A stretch of DNA of 64,000 nt, taken from Ginglymostoma cirratum (taxonomy: Eukaryota). Positions within the stretch are counted from its first letter, which is position 1. The number at the start of each line of letters is the position of its first letter. Location: assembly GCA_024137785.1 (NCBI GenBank), contig JAHRHZ010000069.1, positions 8,350,093-8,414,092 of the forward strand, given 5' to 3'. Positions 40,126-51,742 of this stretch are shown here, piece by piece. Both the position numbers and the translations under genes were made by a program. The notes beneath the pieces were generated by a model, which was not told the DNA's origin, made no database searches, and saw only the letters and a list, made by a program, of their open reading frames with translations.

Positions 40126-42899
40126 CTACTTTAATAAAGGCTGTGTTTACAGTGAATGGCACCACAAGGCAAAGCAACCAGCGTGCACATGGAGGAACAC
40201 ACACAACACCACCACCTGGCTATGCAGTGGCATGCTGCCAAGAAAGTTGCATGCGCACCTGTCAAGCACAACTGTGCAGTTTTGCTGCAACCTATATGCA
40301 TTTTCTCCACCCCATCACATGGTAGCACGCATGCTGCTAAAAGAAATAAAGTGGATCCAATATAATCAATTGATTCCATCATTTACTGAATCAGCTTTGC
40401 TTGTCACCTTTTCAAGTGAAGCACCATGGAAGAGACCACTGCACGCAAAAGATGGCATTAGCAGAACACAAGCTGACAAATGCCGAATCCCATTGGCATC
40501 AGCTGAGACCACCAGCCTCATCGGTGGCCATTTTGGTTTTGAGTAATTATTTTACTAAAATTACAAACTTATTATTTCCCACATAAATCTGGCATAGAAT
40601 TGACAGTATAAAAGAGTTGCTAGACAAATTGTTGATGCAAATCCAAAACATAAGAAACGGTCGTAGGCTATTCAACCCCTCAAGCCCATAGCATCAATTT
40701 GAGCATAGCTGTTCTGCAGCTTAATTTTTCCATTGTCCCATACCCTTTGATACAACTGGAAAGAAAGAGAACTAATGCATATAGCACTGAGGCAACTCCT
40801 TCCCTCAGGTGCTGTGAATTTAACTTTATTCATTGCCTAAACAGTCTATGACAGCTGCAGCAACGATGTATGCATTTGGCACAGCAGCAGGATGTTTGGG
40901 AATGGGAGTTTTAACAACCCCAAGTGGAACATCAGCCAAGCAAGCAATTTACCGGCAGCTTTTGCGAACGCTGCAAAGCAATGAAATATATTAGTAAATG
41001 CTACAATCTAAGGGCTTTTTTCTTTTCAAAATCTGTTTTTCAAGCTATGACAGTCCATTTGCCTTACATCTCAAGGTTCCTGCGTTGTTTAAGCTCACAT
41101 TAAGAGACACTTGCAGGCTTTGTCCATTATCAAAAAGCAAATTTGGCCAATCATTTTCTGGGTCATCTGCTGCCACCCTGAAAAGTTAATTTTTTTTCCT
41201 TCAAAAATTGAATAAAAACCATCTGTTATGAAAACCACAGCGAAAAACTTTTGACCTGCCATTCCTTTATGTGGGACATTTAACGTTACTGAAACCCATC
41301 ACTATTCTTTAAACTCAACCCAAACTGAATTAGTTTCGAGTCCATCCACGTGGCAGTCAGAAACGACAGAGCGGAAGTATTCAGATTACACTGCAAACAC
41401 CCGACTCCAGCCCCATGCTTGTGATCTCAGATTCTCCAGCATCTGCAGTACCTTTTATCTCTGTAGAGAGCAATGCTGAAATACCTGTAAGCGCTACAAT
41501 GGCATCGAGGCTGAGCTTCTCGCTGCAAAATGCATGTTGGGGTTATACAAGACTAGTTGATTCAAACTCCAAGTTGCTATTGACACCACACACGCGCGCA
41601 GATACACACATACACTGAAATATTCATGCATTTTATTTTTAATCCAAACCAGCTAGCCTGCAACAGATGGAATTCTGGTTGGAAACAAATGGAACGATGA
41701 CAAATGGATTGGTAATTCTCTTTCACAAAATGAGTGGGGGAAATTAAACTGTCGATTTATGCTCTGGTTAGCAATTCGAAAGCCAGAATGGTTAAGTGGC
41801 GGTTGGAAAAAAACATAACCTCGTTAGAACACAAGGCAACACAATGAAGAATTTAATTTGGAACGTAAATCATGAGATAACTACATATAGCAAGCCAGAA
41901 CAAAAAAAAAAATTCCCTCACGATTGGGATTTTTGTTTGATCCAAATCCATGTATAACCCGGCAGAGGATCCTAGCGACATAGGACGTTAAGCAGAAAAC
42001 GCAACAGGGAAGAGGAGGCCTGTTAAAATCCAAAACCCTCTACTAATCTCTACTGGGGAGAATCAGACTGTGAAGACTGTCACTGTGGAGATTGATTGCG
42101 GAAGATATGGAAAAAGGAGGATACAAAAATCAGCAAGCATTAGAAAAGAAAAAGGGAAACGAAGCATTTTTTTTAAATGAATGCATTCATCAGTCATCCA
42201 GCAAAAAAAAAAATCGTTTTATGACTAAGTTTACAGCTGAATGAAATTCTCTAGGGACCAGCTAAGATTGCATGGTTCAGATGTGATCGAGAGTTAATGC
42301 GAACCTCACCTTGGGTATCATCAGTGCTTTAATTCCCATTGGGGACACAGAACATACCCAGAGAACAGCACCTCACTGCGACACTCAGCAATTAACCCGT
42401 TCAGTACCAGCCAAACGTTGTTGGCATTGAATAGCGAATAACTTCAGTGTGTGCAGCTGAAGAGGCATGGAAGCAATTGGTGCAGACATGACGGTATTAT
42501 GGACTCATGCCGCGTATTGACCAAACTATCCTAGATTTACTTTTTATAAAGGTCTGAAAATCGTTCATTATATCAAGATAGCGATTGATTTGAATTTGGC
42601 AGACAGGCAGATCTGGAGCCTAAAAGCAACGTGAAATTCAGAATCACAGCAGCGTTACAGCTGTTCGGCCCATCGTGCCGAGACCAGCTCATTAAAATGA
42701 TCACGACCTCGTGCCAGTCTCCTGCCTGCCCCATACCGTCCCCCACTATTTGGACCCAAATAATCATCCAATTCCCTCTTCAAAATGTTTAAAATAACGA
42801 GTGTACACCAACGATACACATGGATCAAAGTTTTCTGGAACAGGGCAGCGACACTAGATTTTTCTTCTCCCCCCCCCCCCCCCCCCAAATGCAATTTAC

Positions 42900-45800
42900 A
42901 TCAATGCAGGTCAGTGAGCTGCCTGTTTAAAAAGGAGTAGCGATCTGCATCAGTGTGCTTGATGACATTACTCCTAACTCTACCCTATGTTGCCGGCGCT
43001 CAGTGTGATACAGCTATCCCAGCCTCCCTGCGGGGAATATGGCGAAGCTGTATGTGACACGTGCTTTTTCTTTAAAAAAAAACACAGAGCCCCGGCTCAA
43101 AATTAACCCTGAGAAATTTGGGGGCGGGGATGGAATGGAGGAGAATCCTTCGTTATCCATTTTAACGTGGTGGCGACAGTCCAGAGAGGTCTATCCCCTC
43201 TCTGCATCGGAGGCTTCCGGCTGGCTGAGAACCATCTCGTGTTCGTGATATTTCCCCCATTCCGCTCACAACCCTACCGTGGAAGTAATTTAATGAGAGA
43301 TTATGTCATGCCTCTGTGATTACACGTCTCTTGGACAAGCAAACAAAAAGGGCAAAGAAGCCTACAGATTTTAAAAACAGCGTTTCCAAAAATATCAAGC
43401 CTCCCTCTTCCACGTCCTAGCTGGGGGGGGGGGGGGGGGGGGGCTGTGATCAGAGTTTCATGTTGCTTCATGGCCCCACGCACACACATCTTGATCTGTC
43501 TACGGTGGAACCAATACGCAGCCCAAGTCGCGGGTTATTATTTCTGGCGGTGTTATAATCTCCATTTGGATTCCCTATTCAACGTATGGGCTCTGTTTCT
43601 ATAAATATTGTCATGCACTATTCAACAGATCTCCAGTGCCCATCTAGATCGTGCACCGCTCCCTCACCGGCATTGGGAGGCAGCTCGCAATTAGACCATT
43701 TCGCTGGGCACAGTGTACATTCCTGCTGCTCACTTCACTCGTGAGGAATTCGGCCACTCAGTACAGATGCTGGCCCAGCTCACTGTGCGACAAATCGCCG
43801 ATGAAACCGTCAGCTTGTGGATGCTGTGTCTAAATTTTAAAGCGCAGCTCTTCTCTCCGAGAGTGTAGCCGCAAAGGTTAATAATATCACTTAGCCAGTG
43901 CTCCCGCATACAATTTACCCCTCTCTCTCTTTCTCGGTGCGTCCCCTTTCTTAAAAAAAAAAGGGAGGCAAGTGAATACAGCTGGACACGAGGCGTTCTT
44001 GAGATATGTAAACTCTCTGCCTTCAAGTCAGAGCCAATGTTTTGATTACTTGTTTCTAATCATTTTCGAACACGTTCCTTTATGCACGCACATTACATAA
44101 CGGAAAGCTCTCACAGTTTACAATAGAAAACGGGTACAAATTTGTTTTTAGTTACCAGTAACGCTGCTAAAACAATTAACGAGAAATTGGAGGGGGGTTG
44201 GCGGTGGAAGAGAGATTTAAATTATATAGCGAGTGCGAGGATTATGGATGAACTCCCAAGAAAGAGGCCAGCAGCGTTAAATCTTAATCTGGGTTTCTGC
44301 TTCAGAGCTCACACATTGAGGAGTGCAACCCTGTCAGCAGTCTCAACGTACAGTAAAGCAGGAAGGAGCCCAAGTGTGTGTCTGGGTCTGAGAGAGAGAC
44401 ATGGCTACACGCTCGAATCCCCCTTCCTAAAGGGGGTTGAGAAAGGGCGTTCCTCCTACCTTGAAGAGTCTCAGGATCTTGGCCACCATGATAGACACGG
44501 AGCTGGACGAAGCCCCAATAACGCCAACTATCCTCTCGGGCTTGACAAAGATCGGGGGTTCCCCATTAGTGCACCTCACATCCGTGGTGTCCTTCTGAAT
44601 GTGAGTCTGAACAAAAGTGAGGGACTGCTCTAGAGCGTAGATGTCCTTCGAGCAGGTATCTAGGATGTGAGCCCCCAGCGTAATGTTGGGCAGGAGGTCC
44701 GGATCGCTGTTGATCTGGTCCAGGGCGTAAAGCATCGCCTCCAAGCGATGGATTCCCTTCTCCTTCTTGAGGTCCCCGCAGGGTGTCCCCTTAGGCCCTC
44801 TGGCGTGAACTGGGAAAAGGCCACCCAAGGTGAGCTCTCCTTCGATCCTGATAGAGTGAGTGGTGTAAGGCTCCTGAGCGGTACTCAGCCCGTAACACAC
44901 CGCGACCCAGAACAATCTCCACAAGGCTATCCCTGAGTAGACCATCGTTCACTTCCCTGCTGCTGCTGCTCCCTCTCTCTCGGAGTTGCAATTCCAACTT
45001 CAGTTCTTAAAAAAGGCACCTCTTTTTAAAATGTTGAACACTAAAACCAGCAGTCCTAGCAGGCAGGGCAACCGACTGGGGGAACGGCATACTCCTGGCT
45101 TTGCCTTGAGAAGATGACATAGGTTTCGGAGATCCTCACCACCTCAGTTGCTCGGTTTCCAGTGAGGAGCCCATTGAAAGTTGGACAGTTGTTGAAATAA
45201 CGTGATCCATTCTTAGCTTGGGAAGGAGAGAGGAGGGGAAAGACCCGCCTCCCCCCACCCCTCTCCCCCCCCACCGCCACCAACCCACGCCAAGGCGCCT
45301 GTCACCCACAGCGGTGGGTTTGCATGGAATTTACACCCAGCCCCCTCCTTCCTCTTTTTCTTCCTCCCTCCCCTCTCTCCCTTCCCCGCTTATGGAGCGT
45401 GTGCGATCGGCGTGATTCTGATTACAAGCCGCTCTCTGCAGTAGCCCTCCATCCAGTTCCCCGGTCGCTTCGATTCTACCAGTGAAAAGACTCTCGCACA
45501 ACAGAGTTGGGGGGGGGGGGGGGGGGGGAGGAAAAAGCAAGAGAGAAAAAAACCCACAAAGAATTCAAGTGGCTTCAGCTGAAAGCAATGACGCCGTGTA
45601 CCAACTCCACCCAGTATCACTGCAGTTAGCAAAGCAACAATTCAAGGCGCTTGAGCGTTACGAACCCTGCTCCCGGGGAAAATAGACACCATTAAACCAC
45701 TGATACAGAATAACCTTTCAACAGCCTCCCGAGACATTAGAGGCTCCCCTTGCCCGAAACAGCCCCCTCCCTCCCCAGAACTGTCAGACAAGCATCGTTA

Positions 45801-46560
45801 AGTTTAATTTCAAACACTGCAGGATTACAAAACGTCTTGGTTGCTCGCGCCCCTACCTTACGGCTGTGCATCAGATTGCATTTTGCTTTTTCTTTGGGAG
45901 TTGGGGGGTGGGTGGAAATGTGGTATGCTGGAAGAACGTGTGAGAACAACAGTCCCTCACCTTCATACGGATTGCTTTGGTCTGGAGACTCTCTGGATCG
46001 TGACTGAGGAGTTTCTTTTTTGGACGTCTGTCGAATATTCTTCAAAAACCACCTGCTAACCGAGCACAGCAAGTCATGTGGGATCTCTACAGATTCTTTA
46101 CTGGAGAGTAAACGAGCCGTGTGTGTGTTTTTTTTTTAAGTGTAAATGTCAGAATGACATCCCATCCTCCATCATTTTGTGACAACTTTTTATTAATATG
46201 AAGGACGCTTACATTCGATTCAAACCTCATTCCCGCTCATACACACCCCTATCCCAAACCCATGGCGTGCCCATCTTTCACGTTTTGGTGTTTTCTTTGG
46301 ATCTTCTTTAATTCAATCTCCCTTCCATTCAAACTATTAGCAAATTCTCTCCTGGTCCAGCGCCCGGTTACCGTCTACAGTTTGGGAAGCAGAGATCCCG
46401 ACTGATAAACTTTTAAAAGAGATAAACAAGACAGACTACAGCAGGTAGGGAACATCAGCACAAAGCTACTCCCAAACGACGAGAAACTGATCAACGCTTC
46501 CATGGTGAATTACTCAGTGCCATCCGACTTGAAGGAAACACCACGCAAAAATCAGCAGCT
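42900..46560 (-). promoter_or_regulatory. CpG/GC-enriched promoter, 5' leader and first-intron region of the GRM gene
   Basis: CpG density is visibly higher than in the CpG-depleted flanks. GC-rich tracts at 45240-45530, G/C homopolymers, few repeats. Edges approximate; TSS not determinable. Confidence 0.6.
44460..44945 (-). CDS. GRM6: First coding exon (162 codons: signal peptide + N-terminal Venus-flytrap LB1) of a group III metabotropic glutamate receptor; GRM6 favoured, GRM7 not excluded
   Basis: Translation [13 protein letters not shown]...[22 protein letters not shown]...[34 protein letters not shown]...EQSLTFVQ...RCTNGEPP...[22 protein letters not shown] is clearly a group III mGluR. 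Kozak is strong (ACGATGG). A phase-0 donor AAG|GTAGGA at 44460/44459 sits at the conserved ILRLFx exon end. Paralog call is inference: it shares GP, INSDP, QKD and RCTNGEPP with GRM7 and fish GRM6 but lacks the GRM7-typical EN, PPV, PEK and FQ residues. Confidence 0.93.
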
Positions 46561-47200
46561 CTCCAACAAAGCTTTGTCTGATTGGATTTCCCTGTAGCCA
46601 ATTAACAGTATCTCCTCTTTGTCAATTAAAATGATTACTTCGGCAATCAGGAACATTTGAACCTATCAACCGTAAATGGCCACTTTTCAAAGGGTTCCAC
46701 TTACCAAGTGAAATAACCAATACAAAATATCATTTTGAATACGAGATGACGGCTTTGTTCCTGTAACTTTTCTCCATCTCTGCCTTCATGCTGATAAACT
46801 GTTTTCCCCATTTTTACACTGGTCTGTTGAAAGCTAGTCGCAGTGGTGGATTCTGCCGTGTTTCCTGTATCCCTGTTGTATCTCGCTTTTATCTCAAAGT
46901 TCTGTTAAACATCTTTCAAAAATTAACTTGAAATAGAGCTTTTTTAATACGCCCACGGAATTCCGTTTAACTAGAAGTAAGACGTAAGAAATTGGGGAGG
47001 ATTAAAAGATAGTATTTGCAAAGAAGCCTTACAAATCTAAGACGTAGACATTTAAAATACTCACAGTTTCAAGCAACATAATTTTAGTAACTGGAAATTT
47101 TACTTCGCTGTCAAATAAACCAAACTGTATTGCTCGTACCGGAATAGGGTGTCGCATGACCCGAATTCAAGCCACACATGCCTGGACTGTGTCTATTATC

Positions 47201-47343
47201 TGAGGTCTGAGGAAGGGTCACTGGACCCGAAACGTTAACCCACTTTTCTCCTTCACAGATACTGCCAGACCTGCTGAGCTTTTTCCAGTAACTTTGTTTT
47301 TGTTCCTGATTTACAGCATCCGCAGTTCTTTTGGTTTTTATTT
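47201..47343 (+). mobile_element. Family-B Penelope-like mini-element with intact hammerhead core
   Basis: TSD GTCTATTATC at 47191-47200 and 47347-47356 (13 bp with 1 mismatch); body matches family B. Confidence 0.85.
47203..47240 (+). ncRNA. Minimal type I hammerhead ribozyme motif
   Basis: CUGAGGA (47207-47213), extra A, stem II GGGUC-ACUG-GACCC, GAAA, palindromic ACGU stem III, GUU cleavage triplet. Stem I is weak in this copy; activity untested. Confidence 0.65.
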
Positions 47344-47435
47344 TGCGTCTATTATCACGTCCAGCTGGTTACTTGAAAACACAACAGTTAATAATTAGGA
47401 ACAAACAACTTACCAGTACCTTCACTGATAGCATT

Positions 47436-47822
47436 AAAAACAGAAATTGCTGAAAAAGCTCGTCAGGTCTGGCAGCGTCCGTGGAGAGAAATCAAGTTAA
47501 CGTTTCGGGTTTTACTTTATTAATAGGTTTGGTGGGAGGGTTTAATTGATATTTTACATGTTATATTACCTGATAGTTGAATAGTTTCTGTAACTCTTAA
47601 GTTAGAGATGGTAGCTTTCAATTCTCCCCTAGTAACAAATTTAGAGTCATTTATGTGTCTGCCTCTCTTATTACAAGTCTGGTCACACTTTCCAGACAAA
47701 TTTAAAGTGTCACGGACGCGTTCTGATATATTGCAAGGCAGTTGGAATTTGAAGAGTGGACGCGAAAACGTTAGCTCCGCTGTTCCTTGACAGATGCTGC
47801 CAGACCTGCTGCGGTTTTCCAA
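47436..47822. mobile_element. Two opposed family-B-related arm fragments (47436-47512 and 47765-47822)
   Basis: aaaacagaaattgctg..tcaggtctggcagc..gttaacgtttcggg and aaacgttagctc..cagatgctgccagacctgctg. Confidence 0.7.
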
Positions 47823-48462
47823 CCTCGTTAGCCTATAGTCGGTGACATTACCACATACTACAAGAAGTCTGGAGGTGGGGCTTAAGCCGCGTCTCTTAGC
47901 TCAGAGGTAGGGACACTATCGCCCCCATCGGCGAAACAATAAATTACACGCCGATGTGTGTTGTGTTCTCAAACGCGATTGTCCCGTACTCTTGGTAATT
48001 CAGAGCTTGGAATGACCGTACAGATGTTCAGATTGCAAATGCTTGTTGGTAAAAAGAGACTGAAAGACCAGAAGCTGCAGCTTTTACGATTTGAGCTTAA
48101 TAGAAATGATGTTAGTGACACTCCATAAAATCGCTTGGAGAACGTAAAACGTTAAGATCAATAGGAATTAATTGGATTTCGCGCTAGTGAGAAATTCCCT
48201 TTCAATGTGGTGTCCACATATTCCCCGGTCTCATCAGGAGTGCGAATCTCAGTTGAAATGGTTTGAATTGCGTTCACAAGATCATGAATAATACATCTAT
48301 ATGTTCAGGAGCTGAACTACTGTTTCTTACAATCGTACAAAAATAAGGATGAAATTAGATGAGTTTGTTATTCTCCATGGTCTTTAGAGTGTGAATTTCT
48401 GTTCCCTAAAAGCCACTGGTTGCTGGATCCTTAAATTGATTCCAGGCCTAGTAGAACAGATG

Positions 48463-49221
48463 AGATAACAAGGCGTTGAGCTGGATGAACACAGCAGGCC
48501 AAGCAGCATCAGAGGAGCAGGAAAGCTGACGTTTCTGGTCTGAAACCTCCTTCAGAAGAAGGGTCCAGACCCAAAACATCAGCGTTCCTGCTCCTCTGAT
48601 GCTGCTTGGCCTGCTGTGTTCATCCAGCTCTNNNNNNNNNNNNNNNNNNNNNNNNNNNNNNNNNNNNNNNNNNNNNNNNNNNNNNNNNNNNNNNNNNNNN
48701 NNNNNNNNNNNNNNNNNNNNNNNNNNNNNNNNNNNNNNNNNNNNNNNNNNNNNNNNNNNNNNNNNNNNNNNNNNNNNNNNNNNNNNNNNNNNNNNNNNNN
48801 NNNNNNNNNNNNNNNNNNNNNNNNNNNNNNNNNNNNNNNNNNNNNNNNNNNNNNNNNNNNNNNNNNNNNNNNNNNNNNNNNNNNNNNNNNNNNNNNNNNN
48901 NNNNNNNNNNNNNNNNNNNNNNNNNNNNNNNNNNNNNNNNNNNNNNNNNNNNNNNNNNNNNNNNNNNNNNNNNNNNNNNNNNNNNNNNNNNNNNNNNNNN
49001 NNNNNNNNNNNNNNNNNNNNNNNNNNNNNNNACACAGCAGGCCAAGCAGCATCAGAGGAGCAGGAAAGCTGACGTTTCTGGTCTGAAACCTCCTTCAGAA
49101 GAAGGGTCCAGACCCAAAACATCAGCGTTCCTGCTCCTCTGATGCTGCTTGGCCTGCTGTGTTCATCCAGCTCTACACCTTGTTATCTCAGATTCTCCAG
49201 CATCTGCAGTTCCTACTATCT
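48463..49221. mobile_element. Family-A Penelope-like palindrome, duplicated across a 400-N gap (48632-49031), inserted into a CR1 tail
   Basis: Inverted arms with central tcagaagaagggtccagacccaaaacatc (decayed hammerhead). 15-bp TSD CTAGTAGAAYAGATG (48448-48462, 49222-49236). The CR1 tail continues to about 49350. Confidence 0.85.
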
Positions 49222-50809
49222 CTAGTAGAATAGATGTTTGTTGGACACCAGAGTCTAGGGTTATGATGACAGGATTGGAGATCATAGCCATATCAGGCAT
49301 GATCTAATTGAATGGTGGAGCAGACTTGATGGGCTGAATGGTCGACTCCTAAGCCTGATATAAAAATAAGGCATATATTGAAAAATATACCTACAGCTAA
49401 GGGATGGTCTACTTAACTCATGTTCCCAAACCTTCATCTGTTTATCAATGTACCATTTAATGATAATGATCAGTAGATTTAATTCAAGTTCTCATCTAAC
49501 TATTTTTCCCATGAGCAATTGTTGGGATTTGAAAGTGCTTTGGTTTAGCAATTAAATGCAATGTTGTTCTATCAGGGAAGAACAGAATGCTTCCACCCAT
49601 TAACTCCAGGGAGAACTTTTTTAAAGTGTGTTCATTGTAACTTGTAAATCTCCTTTTATATTTAATGTATTCCATTGTTCTGTGTATGCTAGATCATGGT
49701 TATACCTCAGCTGCTTTGGGTGGGAAAGAGTTAACACAGGCCAGGGCTTATATAATTCTTTTCTAAATGTAAATTATGCTTGTCTTTTTGGTGTTCATGT
49801 CTCTTGCAGAAGTCAAATTATTGCTCGTTGATGGAAGATACATTTTCCTTAGAAATTTGCTCACCAGGTCCCTAATACGGTACATCAATGAAATGGCGTC
49901 ATTCTTGTCAGTCTAAGTTGCTTGATATCTTTTTGTGTGCATCTGACAAGCAAAAGCAATACAAACCTACCCTTTTGGTTATCATCAATTTACGGAGGCA
50001 ATACTGCCATATTTTATTCAGTAGCTCAATAATGATACCAGGATGCCCTCATGTGGATAAAAACAATCAACTCAGTTTAACTTTCCACGAACAAGTTGTA
50101 TAAACTAATATAAAAAGCATACGCTGGTTGGAAGTCTGAAATAAAAACAGAAATGCTGATAACTCATTGACATGAAACAATAATTTTATTTCACTCTCCA
50201 CAGATTTGCAGAGTATTTCCAACATTTTTTTTTTAAAATTAACCCTATAAACTAAGTTGCACACAAAGATTACCCAAAAGTCCTCTGCAGTCTCTGTTAT
50301 TTTCATAGATTTACAAAACAGACTTTGGTTAGGTAAGCATTGCAAAAGATATGGCACTGAGATAAAGATCAGCCATAAATCTTTAAAGCATAGTGAAGGT
50401 GCAGAATGATTCCTGTTAGTATATTGAGAGTTTTACAGTATTTTGTTTTCCTTAGAGGTTGCAAATGTAAGACAAAAGCATTCAGATGATGCTGTGACGT
50501 AAGTGAAATAATACCAATTAAAAATCATATGATAACGTTCTTCAAATGAGATAATTGCCCAAGTTGCCAAGTAGTATGATAATTATCCACACGTTAAATA
50601 AGGAGTGATCATTTATGCAGTCGCAGGCCCAAACTTTGCTGAGAGCAAGAGCAGGTTGTTAATGTCAGCTGACACTGAAAGGCTAATGATTGTGTTGCAA
50701 TCATTGCAACTTTACTGAGCAATATTCAGTAGTTTATTGTCAGGAAATAAACTGCCCAGTTTTAATTTAATGATTTGTGGTTTTTAAAAAAAAGAGTATG
50801 ATCTGGGTT

Positions 50810-51220
50810 TGCATCTGTACCCATTGCAATTTATAAGAATGAGAGACGACCTTTTTGATACATACAAGACACTTAATGGCTTGTCAGGGGAGATGGAGAG
50901 GGGTTGTTTCCGCTTGTGGGAGAGACTAGGACCAAAAAGGATAATCTCAGAATAAAGAGTTACACGTTTATTACAGACATGTGGAGGAATTTCCTCACTC
51001 AGACGACAGTGAATCTGTGGAATTCTTTACCTTAGAGGCTGCCAAGGCTGGCTCGTTAAGTATATTCGAGGCCGAGATAGACAGATTTTTAATCAATAAG
51101 AGCTATAGGGAAAAGGATAGAACGTGGAGTTGAGGTTCATCAGATCAGTCATAACCATTGAATAGCCGAGGAAGTTCAATGAGCTGAATAGCCCATATCC
51201 ATTACTATGTCTTATCGACT
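50810..51220 (+). mobile_element. CR1 LINE 3' end
   Basis: agaatgagagacgacct...gtgaatctgtggaattcttt...atcagatcagtcat..attgaat tail. Confidence 0.8.
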
Positions 51221-51742
51221 TGGATGCAACAGTGCTTTACAATATGCAAAGGCCTTGATGTATAAACTGTTAGGGATTAACACTTTTATTTGTGGAGTAC
51301 TTTGAAATAGTTCAATGTTTTGTCCTTAAAAGGTAGATATTTATTCTAAATTTTGTAAAGCTTTATGTAAATTAATATTGATCCAACACATGTATTACAT
51401 TTGTTAAAAAAGAACATAGAACAGTACAGCACTGTACAGGCCCTACGGCCCACGAGGTTGTGCCGACCTATTATCCTACTAAGATCAATCTACCCCGCAT
51501 ACCTTACATTATACTATCATCCATGTTCTACACCATTTGCATGGTGGCAGTGAACTGAGAGCAGGTAGCAACACATACACTGTCACAAATGTGCAGAGAA
51601 AGAAGATTAATCTGTCTTTAAAATTGACATAAAGGAGCCTTTAAAATGGTTCTCAAAAGTTAGAAGACTTAAATTCCACTGCAGCCAAAGCAGACAACCA
51701 GACTGAATTGACCGCAAAAATGTCATTAGATAATTCAAGGCA

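Larger units (their letters stand above)
1..44459 (-). other. Intron following the first coding exon of the GRM gene (at least 44 kb, runs off the window)
   Basis: GT donor at 44459-44458. No next exon (IPQISYAS...-type sequence) appears in the ORF track or sequence to the left. Confidence 0.8.

Noticed and set aside
44427-44459. [10 protein letters not shown] tail of the GRM ORF as a secreted short isoform
   Set aside because: Simple read-through past a canonical donor; no evidence of intron retention.
44142-44936. Plus-strand ORFs of 163 aa and 89 aa overlapping the GRM exon
   Set aside because: Antisense shadows of a GC-rich coding exon; no recognisable motifs.
45822-45827. GGATTA (Otx2/Crx-type) site near the promoter
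   Set aside because: A single 6-mer expected by chance; not supportable without conservation data.
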